Source: Alphaproteobacteria bacterium (GTDB lineage: Bacteria > Pseudomonadota > Alphaproteobacteria > RF32 > CAG-239). From it: a DNA stretch of 64,000 nucleotides. The position numbers and the translations under genes are program-made. Shown one piece after another: positions 19,995 through 28,342 of the stretch. The stretch lies in the NCBI GenBank assembly GCA_017528205.1, contig JAFXPE010000004.1:15079-79078 (forward strand), in the 5' to 3' direction. Position 1 is the first letter of the stretch. Each line of letters begins with the position of its first letter. The notes beneath the pieces are model-generated. The model was not told where the DNA came from and made no database searches. It was given only the letters and a program-made list of their open reading frames with translations.

Positions 19995-20110
19995 ATTTCA
20001 AAAAACTCCCGAATTTTTATTTTAACCGCAGATTACAGCAGACAATTCGGAATGTCCAGTATTTAATGACGGATTTACGCGGCATTTACGCCCTTCCCGC
20101 GTATATTTTT

Positions 20111-20467
20111 TCACTTCTCTTGTCGGCGTATCAAAATACCTTTCATATACGGAGTTCTGTTGTGTGTTTCATAAATAATCTTTTTTTCGTCTTCCGTACA
20201 ACCGAGCAATATTTTAATTTCGGAATCTTTTTTCAGCAAGTCAACAATGCACATAACGGCGTCAATTTGCTTTCCGCGGCTTCCCAACCACACGTCTATG
20301 CCGGCACCGTCCATTGAAGATGTATCTTTTAAATAACCGTAATCAACTCTGTATACAAAGTCGGGAAATTTCGGGTGTATCGTTCCCTTTGGACGATCAA
20401 TAATCACTTCCGATTTGCTTACCAATTCATCTAATGCTTTCCAAAATTCGCTATTATATTCATTCAT
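20111..20467 (-). CDS. Hypothetical protein (weak resemblance to the inorganic pyrophosphatase core: DYGY...DGAGIDVW)
   Basis: An ORF with reasonable coding character; no confident family assignment. Confidence 0.35.
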   Translation of the reverse strand: MNEYNSEFWKALDELVSKSEVIIDRPKGTIHPKFPDFVYRVDYGYLKDTSSMDGAGIDVWLGSRGKQIDAVMCIVDLLKKDSEIKILLGCTEDEKKIIYETHNRTPYMKGILIRRQEK

Positions 20468-20479
20468 TTCTGTATCTCC

Positions 20480-20668
20480 TTACACTCCCGTTTTCACAAT
20501 CCCGCGACCGTATTTGGCTTTGGCCTCTTTGGCACGAGAGATTATCCCCTTGTTGCCACCACCGGTCATCACGCATACGGGTTTGCCCTGCAATAAAGGA
20601 TTATCCTTCCGTTCGCACGAAACGAAAAAGCAATCACAATCCACCAATGCAATAATATGCTGCCGCAT
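20480..20668 (-). pseudogene. Remnant (first ~60 codons) of a Y-family DNA polymerase gene (DinB/UmuC-like)
   Basis: MRQHIIALVDCDCFFVSCERKDNPLLQGKPVCVMTGGGNKGIISRAKEAKAKYG matches the conserved N-terminus of the DinB/UmuC palm domain (IALVDCDNFF.S.E...L.GKPV.V.SNNDG.VIARS.EAK). The ORF stops after 62 aa, and no continuation is present downstream. Confidence 0.6.
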
Positions 20669-21109
20669 TTTGCCCTCTCAATGTTCTATTTCTGTTCTAT
20701 TTGCAACACGAATTTTTATTAAGTCAATCACAATGTTATAATTGTTCCACAGGCAATTTGAAAGATAAATTTTCGTGTGGTGGATTCCTGCTAATATTCT
20801 TTTCAACAATAAATTTCATTATAATGTGCTACCGGATGGCCGGTCGCATTTTGCCACAAAAAATAAGATTTTTCATTTTATATATAGGTCTATTTTTATA
20901 TTTTTCTTATTTTAAACTTGATAATCATCCTGTTTTATGTTAATAGATATATTACCAAAATAGTATATTTTTAAATAGATTGCAACGGTTTTAACACTTC
21001 TGCAATTTAATTATGCGTCCGCGTATAATAAGAAATATATGATTTTTGTGCGATTTTAACAACAAAATATGGAGATAAAAGATGAAAAAATTAAAAATAG
21101 GAGGCCTAA

Positions 21110-22267
21110 ATGGATATTTGGGACGAAATTAAAAAACTGTCCGGCTACCAATCCGGTCACGGCGGAGTGGATAGTTACGGTGTTGACCACAGCGGATTTT
21201 CAACGCGTGATGAGTTGGAATATCAAAGCGCACGATTAGCCAGAGAAAATCAACTGGCGGAAGGTTTTGCTAAGCAAGGAATTGCCGAAGAAAACTATCC
21301 GCAGTTCGGCACAAACTTTTGGGAAGGAACGCCTGAAAATAACTACGGCTTCGGCACTTCAAACATTAAGCAAAATATCGAAAATGTTACAAATCAGTTG
21401 AATAACAGCGGATTTGGTGGCGGAGTGAATAATAGCGGATTTAACGCCAGCGCAAATAACGGACAAGTCACTACAAATTCCGACTATACGGTCAACACCG
21501 AAAGTCTAGTCGGCAAACCGAGCAGTTATTTTCAGAATAATAGTGCAAGCAATACTTTGGGAGGCAATGCAAGTGGAGCATTGAATCAAAATGGTAGCGG
21601 TAACAGTATCAACTATGATAATTATGCAATGCGACAGGACTTAGAAAATAATATCAAACGAGAACAGGAAAGAGCGCAGCGACAAAGCTTAATACCTCCT
21701 TCTAACAATTCTCAGATAACGCCTATTCCTTCAGGAAAACCACTAACTTCGCAAGAAGCGTCCTATATGTTCACACCGACACACCCTGATTATGGCCAAA
21801 TAGGTTCATTGGAATTTGATGGGCAAAATTTGGTTTGGTTGCAAAATGGTCAACCGGTAAAGTATTATCCGGCACAATCCGGTCATAATGATTATCAAAG
21901 CGCTAAATATACCAATGTCTCTAATGAGGGGCCAATACCAGAAGGTGATTATCAGCTTAATCAAGGAACCGGACAGGATTATGAGGAAAGTTTATGGTAT
22001 AAAATCAATAGGAACATGTGGCCTCGTCCTATCAGAAAGAATTGGACGGTCACGCCTGCTGGTTGGGGACATCAACGTATTCCTATCCAACCATTACCAA
22101 GCACGAACACTTTAGGGCGGCATAGTATGTATGTTCATGGAGGAGATAACGGATTTGGCTCTGCGGGCTGTATAGATTTAGAAAGAGGTATGCCTAATTT
22201 CTACGACGACTGGCTAAAATATAACGGGACTTTACCTCTTAAAGTCAAATACAAGAAAGGTTGGTAA
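21110..22267 (+). CDS. DUF2778/Tlde1-like L,D-transpeptidase-fold protein (putative peptidoglycan-targeting toxin) with a Gly/Asn/Ser-rich N-terminal region
   Basis: The C-terminal ~130 aa contain ...GPIPEGDYQL... and the catalytic-type motif ...YVHGGDNGFGSAGCIDLE... (H-G-G...G-S-x-G-C) of the YkuD/Tlde1 family. The N-terminal 250 aa are low complexity. There is no signal peptide. A strong RBS (aggagg) precedes the start. Confidence 0.55.
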   Translation: MDIWDEIKKLSGYQSGHGGVDSYGVDHSGFSTRDELEYQSARLARENQLAEGFAKQGIAEENYPQFGTNFWEGTPENNYGFGTSNIKQNIENVTNQLNNSGFGGGVNNSGFNASANNGQVTTNSDYTVNTESLVGKPSSYFQNNSASNTLGGNASGALNQNGSGNSINYDNYAMRQDLENNIKREQERAQRQSLIPPSNNSQITPIPSGKPLTSQEASYMFTPTHPDYGQIGSLEFDGQNLVWLQNGQPVKYYPAQSGHNDYQSAKYTNVSNEGPIPEGDYQLNQGTGQDYEESLWYKINRNMWPRPIRKNWTVTPAGWGHQRIPIQPLPSTNTLGRHSMYVHGGDNGFGSAGCIDLERGMPNFYDDWLKYNGTLPLKVKYKKGW

Positions 22268-22279
22268 TTAAAATAATAG

Positions 22280-22315
22280 GCAAGAGTTGAAATATACTCT
22301 TGCTCTTTTTTATTT
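22280..22315 (+). terminator. Rho-independent terminator (gcaagagt-loop-actcttgc followed by a T-run)
   Basis: An 8-bp stem and 8-nt loop followed by tcttttttattt, immediately after the toxin-like gene stop. Confidence 0.5.
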
Positions 22316-22357
22316 ACACTGTATTATATTCTTAATTCAACTTAAAATGGTGCAATT

Positions 22358-22714
22358 ATGCTTAAAAATTTACTTCTGATGATGAAAAATAATAAAGCAA
22401 GAATATTTCCGTTTGCGGTCAGTTTATACCTATATGCCTTGTATTCTCGGTGTATATATCTGTTGGGTAAAGATATAATAAAGCGAATTAATGAGGATTA
22501 TTACAGTTATCTGTTGCATAAATGCCGGTGGTTGTGGGCAAACGAAAATGTTCGCAACGAAGCGGCTCTCGTTGTGTTGTTATCGGCCGTGCTTTTGCTT
22601 TCTTTTTATTTGCTCTATCGCAGAAGTTATTATTTTTACGCCGTAATATTGGCGCCGATATATATCTTTTTGTTTGTTACGGTTTGCAGCGCAATACTAG
22701 TACGTTGGTTTTAA
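22358..22714 (+). CDS. Small polytopic membrane protein (candidate immunity protein)
   Basis: 118 aa with 3-4 hydrophobic helices and no recognisable family. It lies directly downstream of the Tlde1-like gene. Confidence 0.4.
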   Translation: MLKNLLLMMKNNKARIFPFAVSLYLYALYSRCIYLLGKDIIKRINEDYYSYLLHKCRWLWANENVRNEAALVVLLSAVLLLSFYLLYRRSYYFYAVILAPIYIFLFVTVCSAILVRWF

Positions 22715-22723
22715 GGAGAAAAA

Positions 22724-23080
22724 ATGTCGGTCAAAGATTTATGTATTAAAATCATCAGAAACCGCAACAGAATAGCGGCTCATTTGTGTTTTTGGGGAAT
22801 GCTGTGTTTCAATTTATTATGTTTGAGTTTGACAATTTATACTATGTTCACCTATGACGGCGGAACGGAAGATGCGAAAGTTTATTATGAAATTCGTGAT
22901 ATAAATATGGCACACGATACATTTTCCGGTTTTATGTTGCGGGAATATTTATTAGGATTATTGTTTGCATTTCCTTTGCTTATATCCTTGCTGTTTGTGC
23001 GGAAAATTACATTAAATGCGGTTATGTTACAACTCTTGCCGATTTTAGTTATGCTCGGTCAAATAGTGTTTTTTGATTAA
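22724..23080 (+). CDS. Small polytopic membrane protein (candidate immunity protein)
   Basis: 118 aa and hydrophobic. An RBS (aggag) precedes the start. It is unrelated in sequence to the preceding one. Confidence 0.4.
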   Translation: MSVKDLCIKIIRNRNRIAAHLCFWGMLCFNLLCLSLTIYTMFTYDGGTEDAKVYYEIRDINMAHDTFSGFMLREYLLGLLFAFPLLISLLFVRKITLNAVMLQLLPILVMLGQIVFFD

Positions 23081-23104
23081 ATTCATAAACAACGGAGTTG
23101 TAAA

Positions 23105-23677
23105 ATGGTAACAAAAGATAGAATATATATGACATTTAAATATCTCGGGTGTTTTCTTGCATGCAATATTTTATTGTGGGCCGTGATATGGCTCATTGCC
23201 GAATTAGACCAAGACAAACTTGAGCTGATTGATTGTTTTGCGTTTGAATACGGATACATTACAAAAACACTCAGTTATCAAAGTTATTTGCAAGGAGCTT
23301 GCACCTACCCTCAAATATGCACATGTGCCGTAAATGCCGAATGGATATTGTTTTTCTATATTTGGGCTTTGCCGATTTTTGTTTTTTATGAAGTTTTTCG
23401 GCGCAAAATCATTCTGCAACAATATCAATACTTGTGCGTTTTGGGCGAAATTGCTTTTGGGGTGGTTATATGTTTTTTATGCCAAGACAATGCACCCTTT
23501 TTATGGTTTCCGCTCGGTAATACTTACAAAATCATCGCACCGATGGCGATTATTATGCTTGCATTACACAGCTTGCCGCCCAAAGTGCTTAAAGTGCTGT
23601 CTATAATTATCGGCACGATTTACGGGTTATATTTTGGGTTTTGTATAGCAATGATTATTCTTAACTTTTTCCATTAA
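23105..23677 (+). CDS. Polytopic membrane protein, 190 aa
   Basis: Multiple predicted TM helices with Cys/aromatic-rich loops; no family assignable. Confidence 0.45.
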   Translation: MVTKDRIYMTFKYLGCFLACNILLWAVIWLIAELDQDKLELIDCFAFEYGYITKTLSYQSYLQGACTYPQICTCAVNAEWILFFYIWALPIFVFYEVFRRKIILQQYQYLCVLGEIAFGVVICFLCQDNAPFLWFPLGNTYKIIAPMAIIMLALHSLPPKVLKVLSIIIGTIYGLYFGFCIAMIILNFFH

Positions 23678-23706
23678 AAAAGGAGGTCTTGTGGCCTCCT
23701 TTTTTT
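23676..23706. terminator. Bidirectional terminator (A5-aggaggtc-ttgt-ggcctcct-T6)
   Basis: A stem-loop flanked by A5 and T6. It sits between convergent genes 23105..23677 (+) and 23771..24223 (-). Confidence 0.55.
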
Positions 23707-23770
23707 AACGAATATTACAACCAAATCTATCCGATATATTTTGAACATTCACGAAGTATTTGGCATATCC

Positions 23771-24223
23771 CTATTTCAAGCGAGGCTTTTTCGGAACCGG
23801 ATTTTCGCTGGTTTCCGGCTTAAAGGTTGTGTTCGGCTCCCAAGTTTGATTGCGTCCGATAAAAGCTATTTTTCCGCGCACAATCAACTTATCGCCTTCA
23901 CGCCACAGGTCGCAATCATAAACCTTGCCCTTTTTCGGGTCCAAAATTTCGCCGTTGGTATATTTATCGTCCTTTTTTTCCATATCCCAAATAATATCCA
24001 ACCCCTTAATTAAAGGCTCGTCCGGCAACTTTGCCACCGCTTGCTTGTTTTGGAACAATTCCACTACCCGTCCGTAAACTTTTCCTTGATATTCATAGAT
24101 TTGCACAACGCTTTTGGCTGTATTTGTTTCATCGTCAATCGTGGTCCAATAGCCCACAACATCGCCATCGGCCCAAGCCAAGCCAGGCATACACATCATC
24201 ATTAAAAACAGCAATTTTTTCAT
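23771..24223 (-). CDS. Secreted DUF2147-like protein
   Basis: A signal peptide, then ...GYWTTIDDETNTAKSVVQIYEYQGKVYGRVVEL...DPKKGKVYDCDLWREGDKLIVRG..., which is characteristic of DUF2147. Confidence 0.5.
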   Translation of the reverse strand: MKKLLFLMMMCMPGLAWADGDVVGYWTTIDDETNTAKSVVQIYEYQGKVYGRVVELFQNKQAVAKLPDEPLIKGLDIIWDMEKKDDKYTNGEILDPKKGKVYDCDLWREGDKLIVRGKIAFIGRNQTWEPNTTFKPETSENPVPKKPRLK

Positions 24224-24333
24224 ATGTTTTCCCCTAAATTATCTCCGGACACCGTCAGTATAGCAAGCCCGTTGCCGCTGTCAATAAAATAAGCGCGCTT
24301 ATAAAATAAAACCGTGGTTGATTTTAATTTCTG

Positions 24334-24537
24334 TTATTTTTTGCTTTTTTCCATGGCTCTGCGGATTACTTTTTCTTTTACCTGATTATCCCAGCTATAA
24401 GAAGATTTATTTAAAATACCGAATATAACTGCCAACACCAAAAAACCGAAAATAAGAGGCCAGATTTGCTCGGTGAAAATATCTATAAACCGCGCCAAAA
24501 GCCATATGCCGACCATTATCTGCAATCCAATGGGCAA
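24334..24537 (-). CDS. Small membrane protein (67 aa)
   Basis: Two hydrophobic helices; weak support. Confidence 0.3.
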   Translation of the reverse strand: MPIGLQIMVGIWLLARFIDIFTEQIWPLIFGFLVLAVIFGILNKSSYSWDNQVKEKVIRRAMEKSKK

Positions 24538-24613
24538 TCATTGCATTTGTTTAAGCTTGATTAAAAGGAAGTCCTGTTTTTATAACAGGGCTTTTTTTGT
24601 GCCGAAATCACCG

Positions 24614-25126
24614 TCATTCTTGCGGCTCATTTTCATCATATTTTGGAGCTTCCGCCGCGGCCAGCAATTCATAAAAATACTCAATGTCCGCCTTGTTTAA
24701 CCCTGCCTCACACATAATGCTGTAATAGCCGGTTTCGGCGGCAAAGTTCACGACTTTATAGCTGTTATCTTCGCCCCTAACGCTGAATTTTACGCCGTTA
24801 TCCAGCGTAACCGTTGTGTTGACCGGATATTGATTGTAGTCGCCGGAAATGTCGATAATGCCGTTTTCATCGGCCTTGCCGGCAAAGTCTAAGGCCTTGC
24901 GGACAATAACCTTGCGCCCGTCATTCAGCGGAAAGCGCAACTCCAGCATGCCCTCCATCGCTCGAACCGTGTAGTTTTCAACCTTCAGCGGAAAGTCAAA
25001 TCCGGCTTTTTGCGCACCGCAACCGATGTCGTTTCCGCAATCAATCCACGGATTTATCATACTTTGCGCCGAATAAGCACTTAAAACGCCTATCGCCAAA
25101 CAAACTATACAAACAACTTTTTTCAT
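24614..25126 (-). CDS. Secreted protein / lipoprotein, unknown function
   Basis: N-terminal signal peptide (MKKVVCIVCLAIGVLSAYSAQS). No family recognised. Confidence 0.45.
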   Translation of the reverse strand: MKKVVCIVCLAIGVLSAYSAQSMINPWIDCGNDIGCGAQKAGFDFPLKVENYTVRAMEGMLELRFPLNDGRKVIVRKALDFAGKADENGIIDISGDYNQYPVNTTVTLDNGVKFSVRGEDNSYKVVNFAAETGYYSIMCEAGLNKADIEYFYELLAAAEAPKYDENEPQE

Positions 25127-25162
25127 GATTTACCTCTCTTTTGCGCTCACAATACGCCGGTT

Positions 25163-26374
25163 TTAATTTTTCGGGAAAAATACCGAGTGCAACAAATTTA
25201 CGTCTTCCGGACTTCTGGTGATTTTTATTTTGCCCGATTTATAAATGTGGCAAACCACAAACGGAGCATATCCCCAAAATGTGGAATAAACATCGGTATA
25301 AGCACCAGCACCGCCGATTATTATATCATCGCCGATTTGTACCGGCTGACTGATATGTGTATTTTCAACAATGTTATTGGCACCGCTGGTGATGCCGTCC
25401 GTAATTCCGATATTTTCGCCCCCATCGCTCGGAAGCGGGTGCAAAAGTTCATAACGCGCGTTTTGGTTCGGAATAAGAACATTGGTGCCGATGTCCGTAA
25501 TCAGCCATTTTTTGTTTTTTATCTGTTTAATATCAATCACTTTACCCAAAACATATCCGGCGGAAGCGGATAAAAAACGCCCCGGTTCCAGCACCAATTT
25601 CTGAGGCGAGAACAGCTTGGCAAATTCATCTGCCACGGCGGTAAATAACTTCTTCAGTTTATCTTCACGGTTTGCGGAATAAACCTCAATGCCGCCGCCC
25701 AAGTCAATTCTTTGCGGCATAATAGCGTATTTTTGCTTTATGTCGGCCAAATGCTCTCGCAAAATTTTCATTGCCGCGATATAGGGTTCGGAACACAACT
25801 CGTTGATTGTAAAATGCATATGAACAATATCCCATTTTGCCCGTTTTTCATTTTGAATGAGCGCGATAAACTCTTTATAAACCTCTGAATCGACATAATT
25901 TCCCAGTTTATTTTTTTGGTTTGAATAAGGAGTGGCAACCTGCAATCCGCCGGCATCAAAACGCAACCTTATTCCCAATTGACAGCTTGCTTTAGGGTGT
26001 GCGGCCAAATAGTTTTTGACAATGCCCAAATCGCGCAATGTATCCACAATAAGCGTTGTGTTCTTTTGCTTTAGAGCCTTCATCAAACATGCCTCCGAAC
26101 GCCCTAAACCGTTGAGAATGATTTTTTTGAATTTGGCTCTCTGCGCCAAATCAAGCTCAAGCTCCGACATAACTTCCGCACCCAAACCGCGCCGCGCAAA
26201 ATAGCGCAACAAGTTGAGGTTATAACAACTCTTGACCGCAAAATAAATATCGGAATTTTTTAAATATTCGGATATCAGAGCAACTGCTTTTTCCGCCTCA
26301 TTCTCATCATAGAACATAACCGGTGTATTCAAGTTATGAGCAACAAGAAAGTTTTTTAAGGCCGAAATGTTCAT
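25163..26374 (-). CDS. PLP-dependent decarboxylase, fold type III (Orn/DAP/Arg decarboxylase family 2)
   Basis: PLP-lysine motif YFAVKSCYNLNLL, glycine-rich phosphate loop IDLGGGIEV, and the C-terminal EPGRFLSASAG motif. It overlaps the upstream Dcd-like gene by 4 nt. Confidence 0.75.
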   Translation of the reverse strand: MNISALKNFLVAHNLNTPVMFYDENEAEKAVALISEYLKNSDIYFAVKSCYNLNLLRYFARRGLGAEVMSELELDLAQRAKFKKIILNGLGRSEACLMKALKQKNTTLIVDTLRDLGIVKNYLAAHPKASCQLGIRLRFDAGGLQVATPYSNQKNKLGNYVDSEVYKEFIALIQNEKRAKWDIVHMHFTINELCSEPYIAAMKILREHLADIKQKYAIMPQRIDLGGGIEVYSANREDKLKKLFTAVADEFAKLFSPQKLVLEPGRFLSASAGYVLGKVIDIKQIKNKKWLITDIGTNVLIPNQNARYELLHPLPSDGGENIGITDGITSGANNIVENTHISQPVQIGDDIIIGGAGAYTDVYSTFWGYAPFVVCHIYKSGKIKITRSPEDVNLLHSVFFPKN

Positions 26375-26889
26375 TTAAAATCCTCACTTGTTTTTGAAAT
26401 TTGCGGCCCATGGCTGTGTTGATATTTGCCGTTGTACAACACAATTTCTCCCTTGGGAACCCAAAAGCTCACCTGAGCAATTTTCATACGCGGATATACA
26501 ATAACCGGCAAGGTTGAATATAATTGCAAGGTTAAGTTGCCCACCGAGCCGATATCAATTAAATCGGCCGTGATATGCACAAACAATCCCGAGCGCGCCG
26601 TTCCGGATTTTGCGTGCAATATCGGCACAAAATGTTCGCTGCCGATTTCTTCTACGGTGCTCCCCAAATAAAATTCGTTTTTTTCAATCAAAAAGCCTTC
26701 CGGAGGAATATCGATAATTTCAAAATTGGGCTTTTTCTTAGGATCCAGCACTTCGTCGGTATAGCGTATCAGTTTATCGGCCAGACAAACGTCATAAGAG
26801 TTGGTTGTGACCTGTTCTTCGTTAAACGGCGAAATAGTGATGTTGCCGTTTAAGGTTTCTTTGATTATTTCATTACCGCTCAAAATCAT
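26371..26889 (-). CDS. dCTP deaminase/dUTPase-fold protein, paralog 1 (predicted catalytic Glu replaced by Gln)
   Basis: Colinear with Dcd: MILSGNEIIKETLNGNITISPF...SYDVCL... and ...ARSGLFVHITADLIDIGSVGNLTLQLYS... (compare Dcd [26 protein letters not shown]). It is 172 aa. Confidence 0.7.
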   Translation of the reverse strand: MILSGNEIIKETLNGNITISPFNEEQVTTNSYDVCLADKLIRYTDEVLDPKKKPNFEIIDIPPEGFLIEKNEFYLGSTVEEIGSEHFVPILHAKSGTARSGLFVHITADLIDIGSVGNLTLQLYSTLPVIVYPRMKIAQVSFWVPKGEIVLYNGKYQHSHGPQISKTSEDFK

Positions 26890-27392
26890 AGCTTTTCAAC
26901 CTTCAATTGCTGTGTCGGGAGGTTATATTTGGCATAAGTAAAAGCATGCTCATATATTTCTCCGTAATTATCCCAAAACGTTACCTGCCCTATAATCATT
27001 CCCGCATACAACCGGATAGGTTTTGCGGCAACAAGTTCCAAGGTCCATTGGTGGAAAGACTTTGTATGCCCCAAATTTGCCGAAACTTGCAAAAACAGTC
27101 CCAAACGTCCCATAGAGCTACGCCCGATTAAAGACATGGCATATTTTTTGCTACCGATAATTTCTTTGGTGTGTCCTAAATATAAAACATGAGGCTTGAG
27201 AACATAACCTTCGGGCGGAATAGTCACATCTTCGAAAACCGGCTGACCGTCTTGCATTTTTTGAAAAACTTTGAGCATACTCCCCAAGCGATAATTATAA
27301 CTGTTGGGGTTGACTTGATTTTCATAAAAAGGTACCAGCGATATATTACCTTTTTTTTGCTCAGAAATTATTGCTTTTCCGGTCAGAATCAT
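26886..27392 (-). CDS. dCTP deaminase/dUTPase-fold protein, paralog 2 (Glu retained: ...WTLELV...)
   Basis: MILTGKAIISEQKKGNISLVPF...SYNYRLG... and ...GRLGLFLQVSANLGHTKSFHQWTLELV...; 168 aa. It overlaps both neighbours by 1-4 nt. Confidence 0.7.
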   Translation of the reverse strand: MILTGKAIISEQKKGNISLVPFYENQVNPNSYNYRLGSMLKVFQKMQDGQPVFEDVTIPPEGYVLKPHVLYLGHTKEIIGSKKYAMSLIGRSSMGRLGLFLQVSANLGHTKSFHQWTLELVAAKPIRLYAGMIIGQVTFWDNYGEIYEHAFTYAKYNLPTQQLKVEKL

Positions 27393-28198
27393 CAGAACAA
27401 TTCCACAAAACGATTAGGATAAACATTTTTACGATATCTTAAAACCAAAACGGCATAAGATTGATACGGACGCAATTTATTAGACATTTCTTTGATTTTA
27501 TACAATCTATCAAACATTGCCTGTTTCAGCGCAATATCGGTTATATTTCTGATTTTACAAGCACGGTCGATGGTGCAGCGGCAATAATATTGCAACTCGT
27601 CTTCCGTTTCCGGATACAAGTCATTCCGGTCCTCATAAATAATTTCCAGCTTGTTGAACATGGACATAATGTCTTTATATCCGGCCGTAGTTGGAGATAT
27701 ACCGAATACTGTCTTAAATTCTTCAATCAACTCGCCTGGTATCGGTTGTTTGATATAAAACGGAGAAGCCAATAAATATCCGCCGTCTTCGATAAATTCC
27801 ACCGTTTTTTTTATGGCTTCCTGCGGATTGGCAAAAAATTGATATCCTGCTCCTATGATAACATGTGAGAATTTTTCATCTAACTTGAGTTTGGTGCCGT
27901 CGGCAACAAAATAATCTATTTTTGCATTCGGCGCATAGTGCTGCAAATTATAATTTGCCATTTCTATTGCCTCAGACGATAAGTCAAACGCCTTGCCCGA
28001 GCATCCGGTAAGCGTGGCAAGTTCGCGAGATTGAAAACCGGTGGTGCAGGCAAATTGCAAAATTCGCGAATTGGCATTCATACGCGAAAAAGTTGCCCAT
28101 TTCGACAGAGTAACATACGATCCGGGTAAAACATTCCATTGATTAATATATCCGACAAAATCAGGATAAGACATTTCATTCAATTGCCTAATATCCAT
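27392..28198 (-). CDS. Class I SAM-dependent methyltransferase
   Basis: Motif I-like region ...VLQFACTTGFQSRELATLTGCSGKAFDLS... within a Rossmann-like pattern. The start was set at the internal ATG (MDIRQL) preceded by a GGGGAGA RBS. Confidence 0.6.
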   Translation of the reverse strand: MDIRQLNEMSYPDFVGYINQWNVLPGSYVTLSKWATFSRMNANSRILQFACTTGFQSRELATLTGCSGKAFDLSSEAIEMANYNLQHYAPNAKIDYFVADGTKLKLDEKFSHVIIGAGYQFFANPQEAIKKTVEFIEDGGYLLASPFYIKQPIPGELIEEFKTVFGISPTTAGYKDIMSMFNKLEIIYEDRNDLYPETEDELQYYCRCTIDRACKIRNITDIALKQAMFDRLYKIKEMSNKLRPYQSYAVLVLRYRKNVYPNRFVELF

Positions 28199-28342
28199 CT
28201 TTTTCTCCCCGTAAAAAAGCAAATTTACAATATTTCATCAGCACGTCTTATACCATTCATCATCGCAATTTTCAAGAATTTTTTCTTGATTTATTTAATT
28301 ATCCGTGATAGCTTGTTTTGTAATGTATTTTGGGGATAAAAT

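Noticed and set aside
20111-20467. Annotating the 118-aa ORF as an inorganic pyrophosphatase
   Set aside because: Only a short DYGY...DGxGxDVW stretch resembles the PPase metal site. The protein is much shorter than family I PPases and lacks the other conserved Asp/Lys residues, so it is left as hypothetical.
20679-20700. Possible LexA/SOS box upstream of the polymerase remnant
   Set aside because: The motif is a tandem direct repeat (tgttctatttc x2), not the GAAC-N4-GTTC or CTGT-N8-ACAG palindromes, so an SOS box cannot be claimed.
25163-26374. Calling the PLP enzyme specifically diaminopimelate decarboxylase (lysA)
   Set aside because: Fold-III decarboxylase motifs are clear, but substrate specificity cannot be read from them. 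Its embedding in the nucleotide-tailoring operon argues against a housekeeping lysA role.
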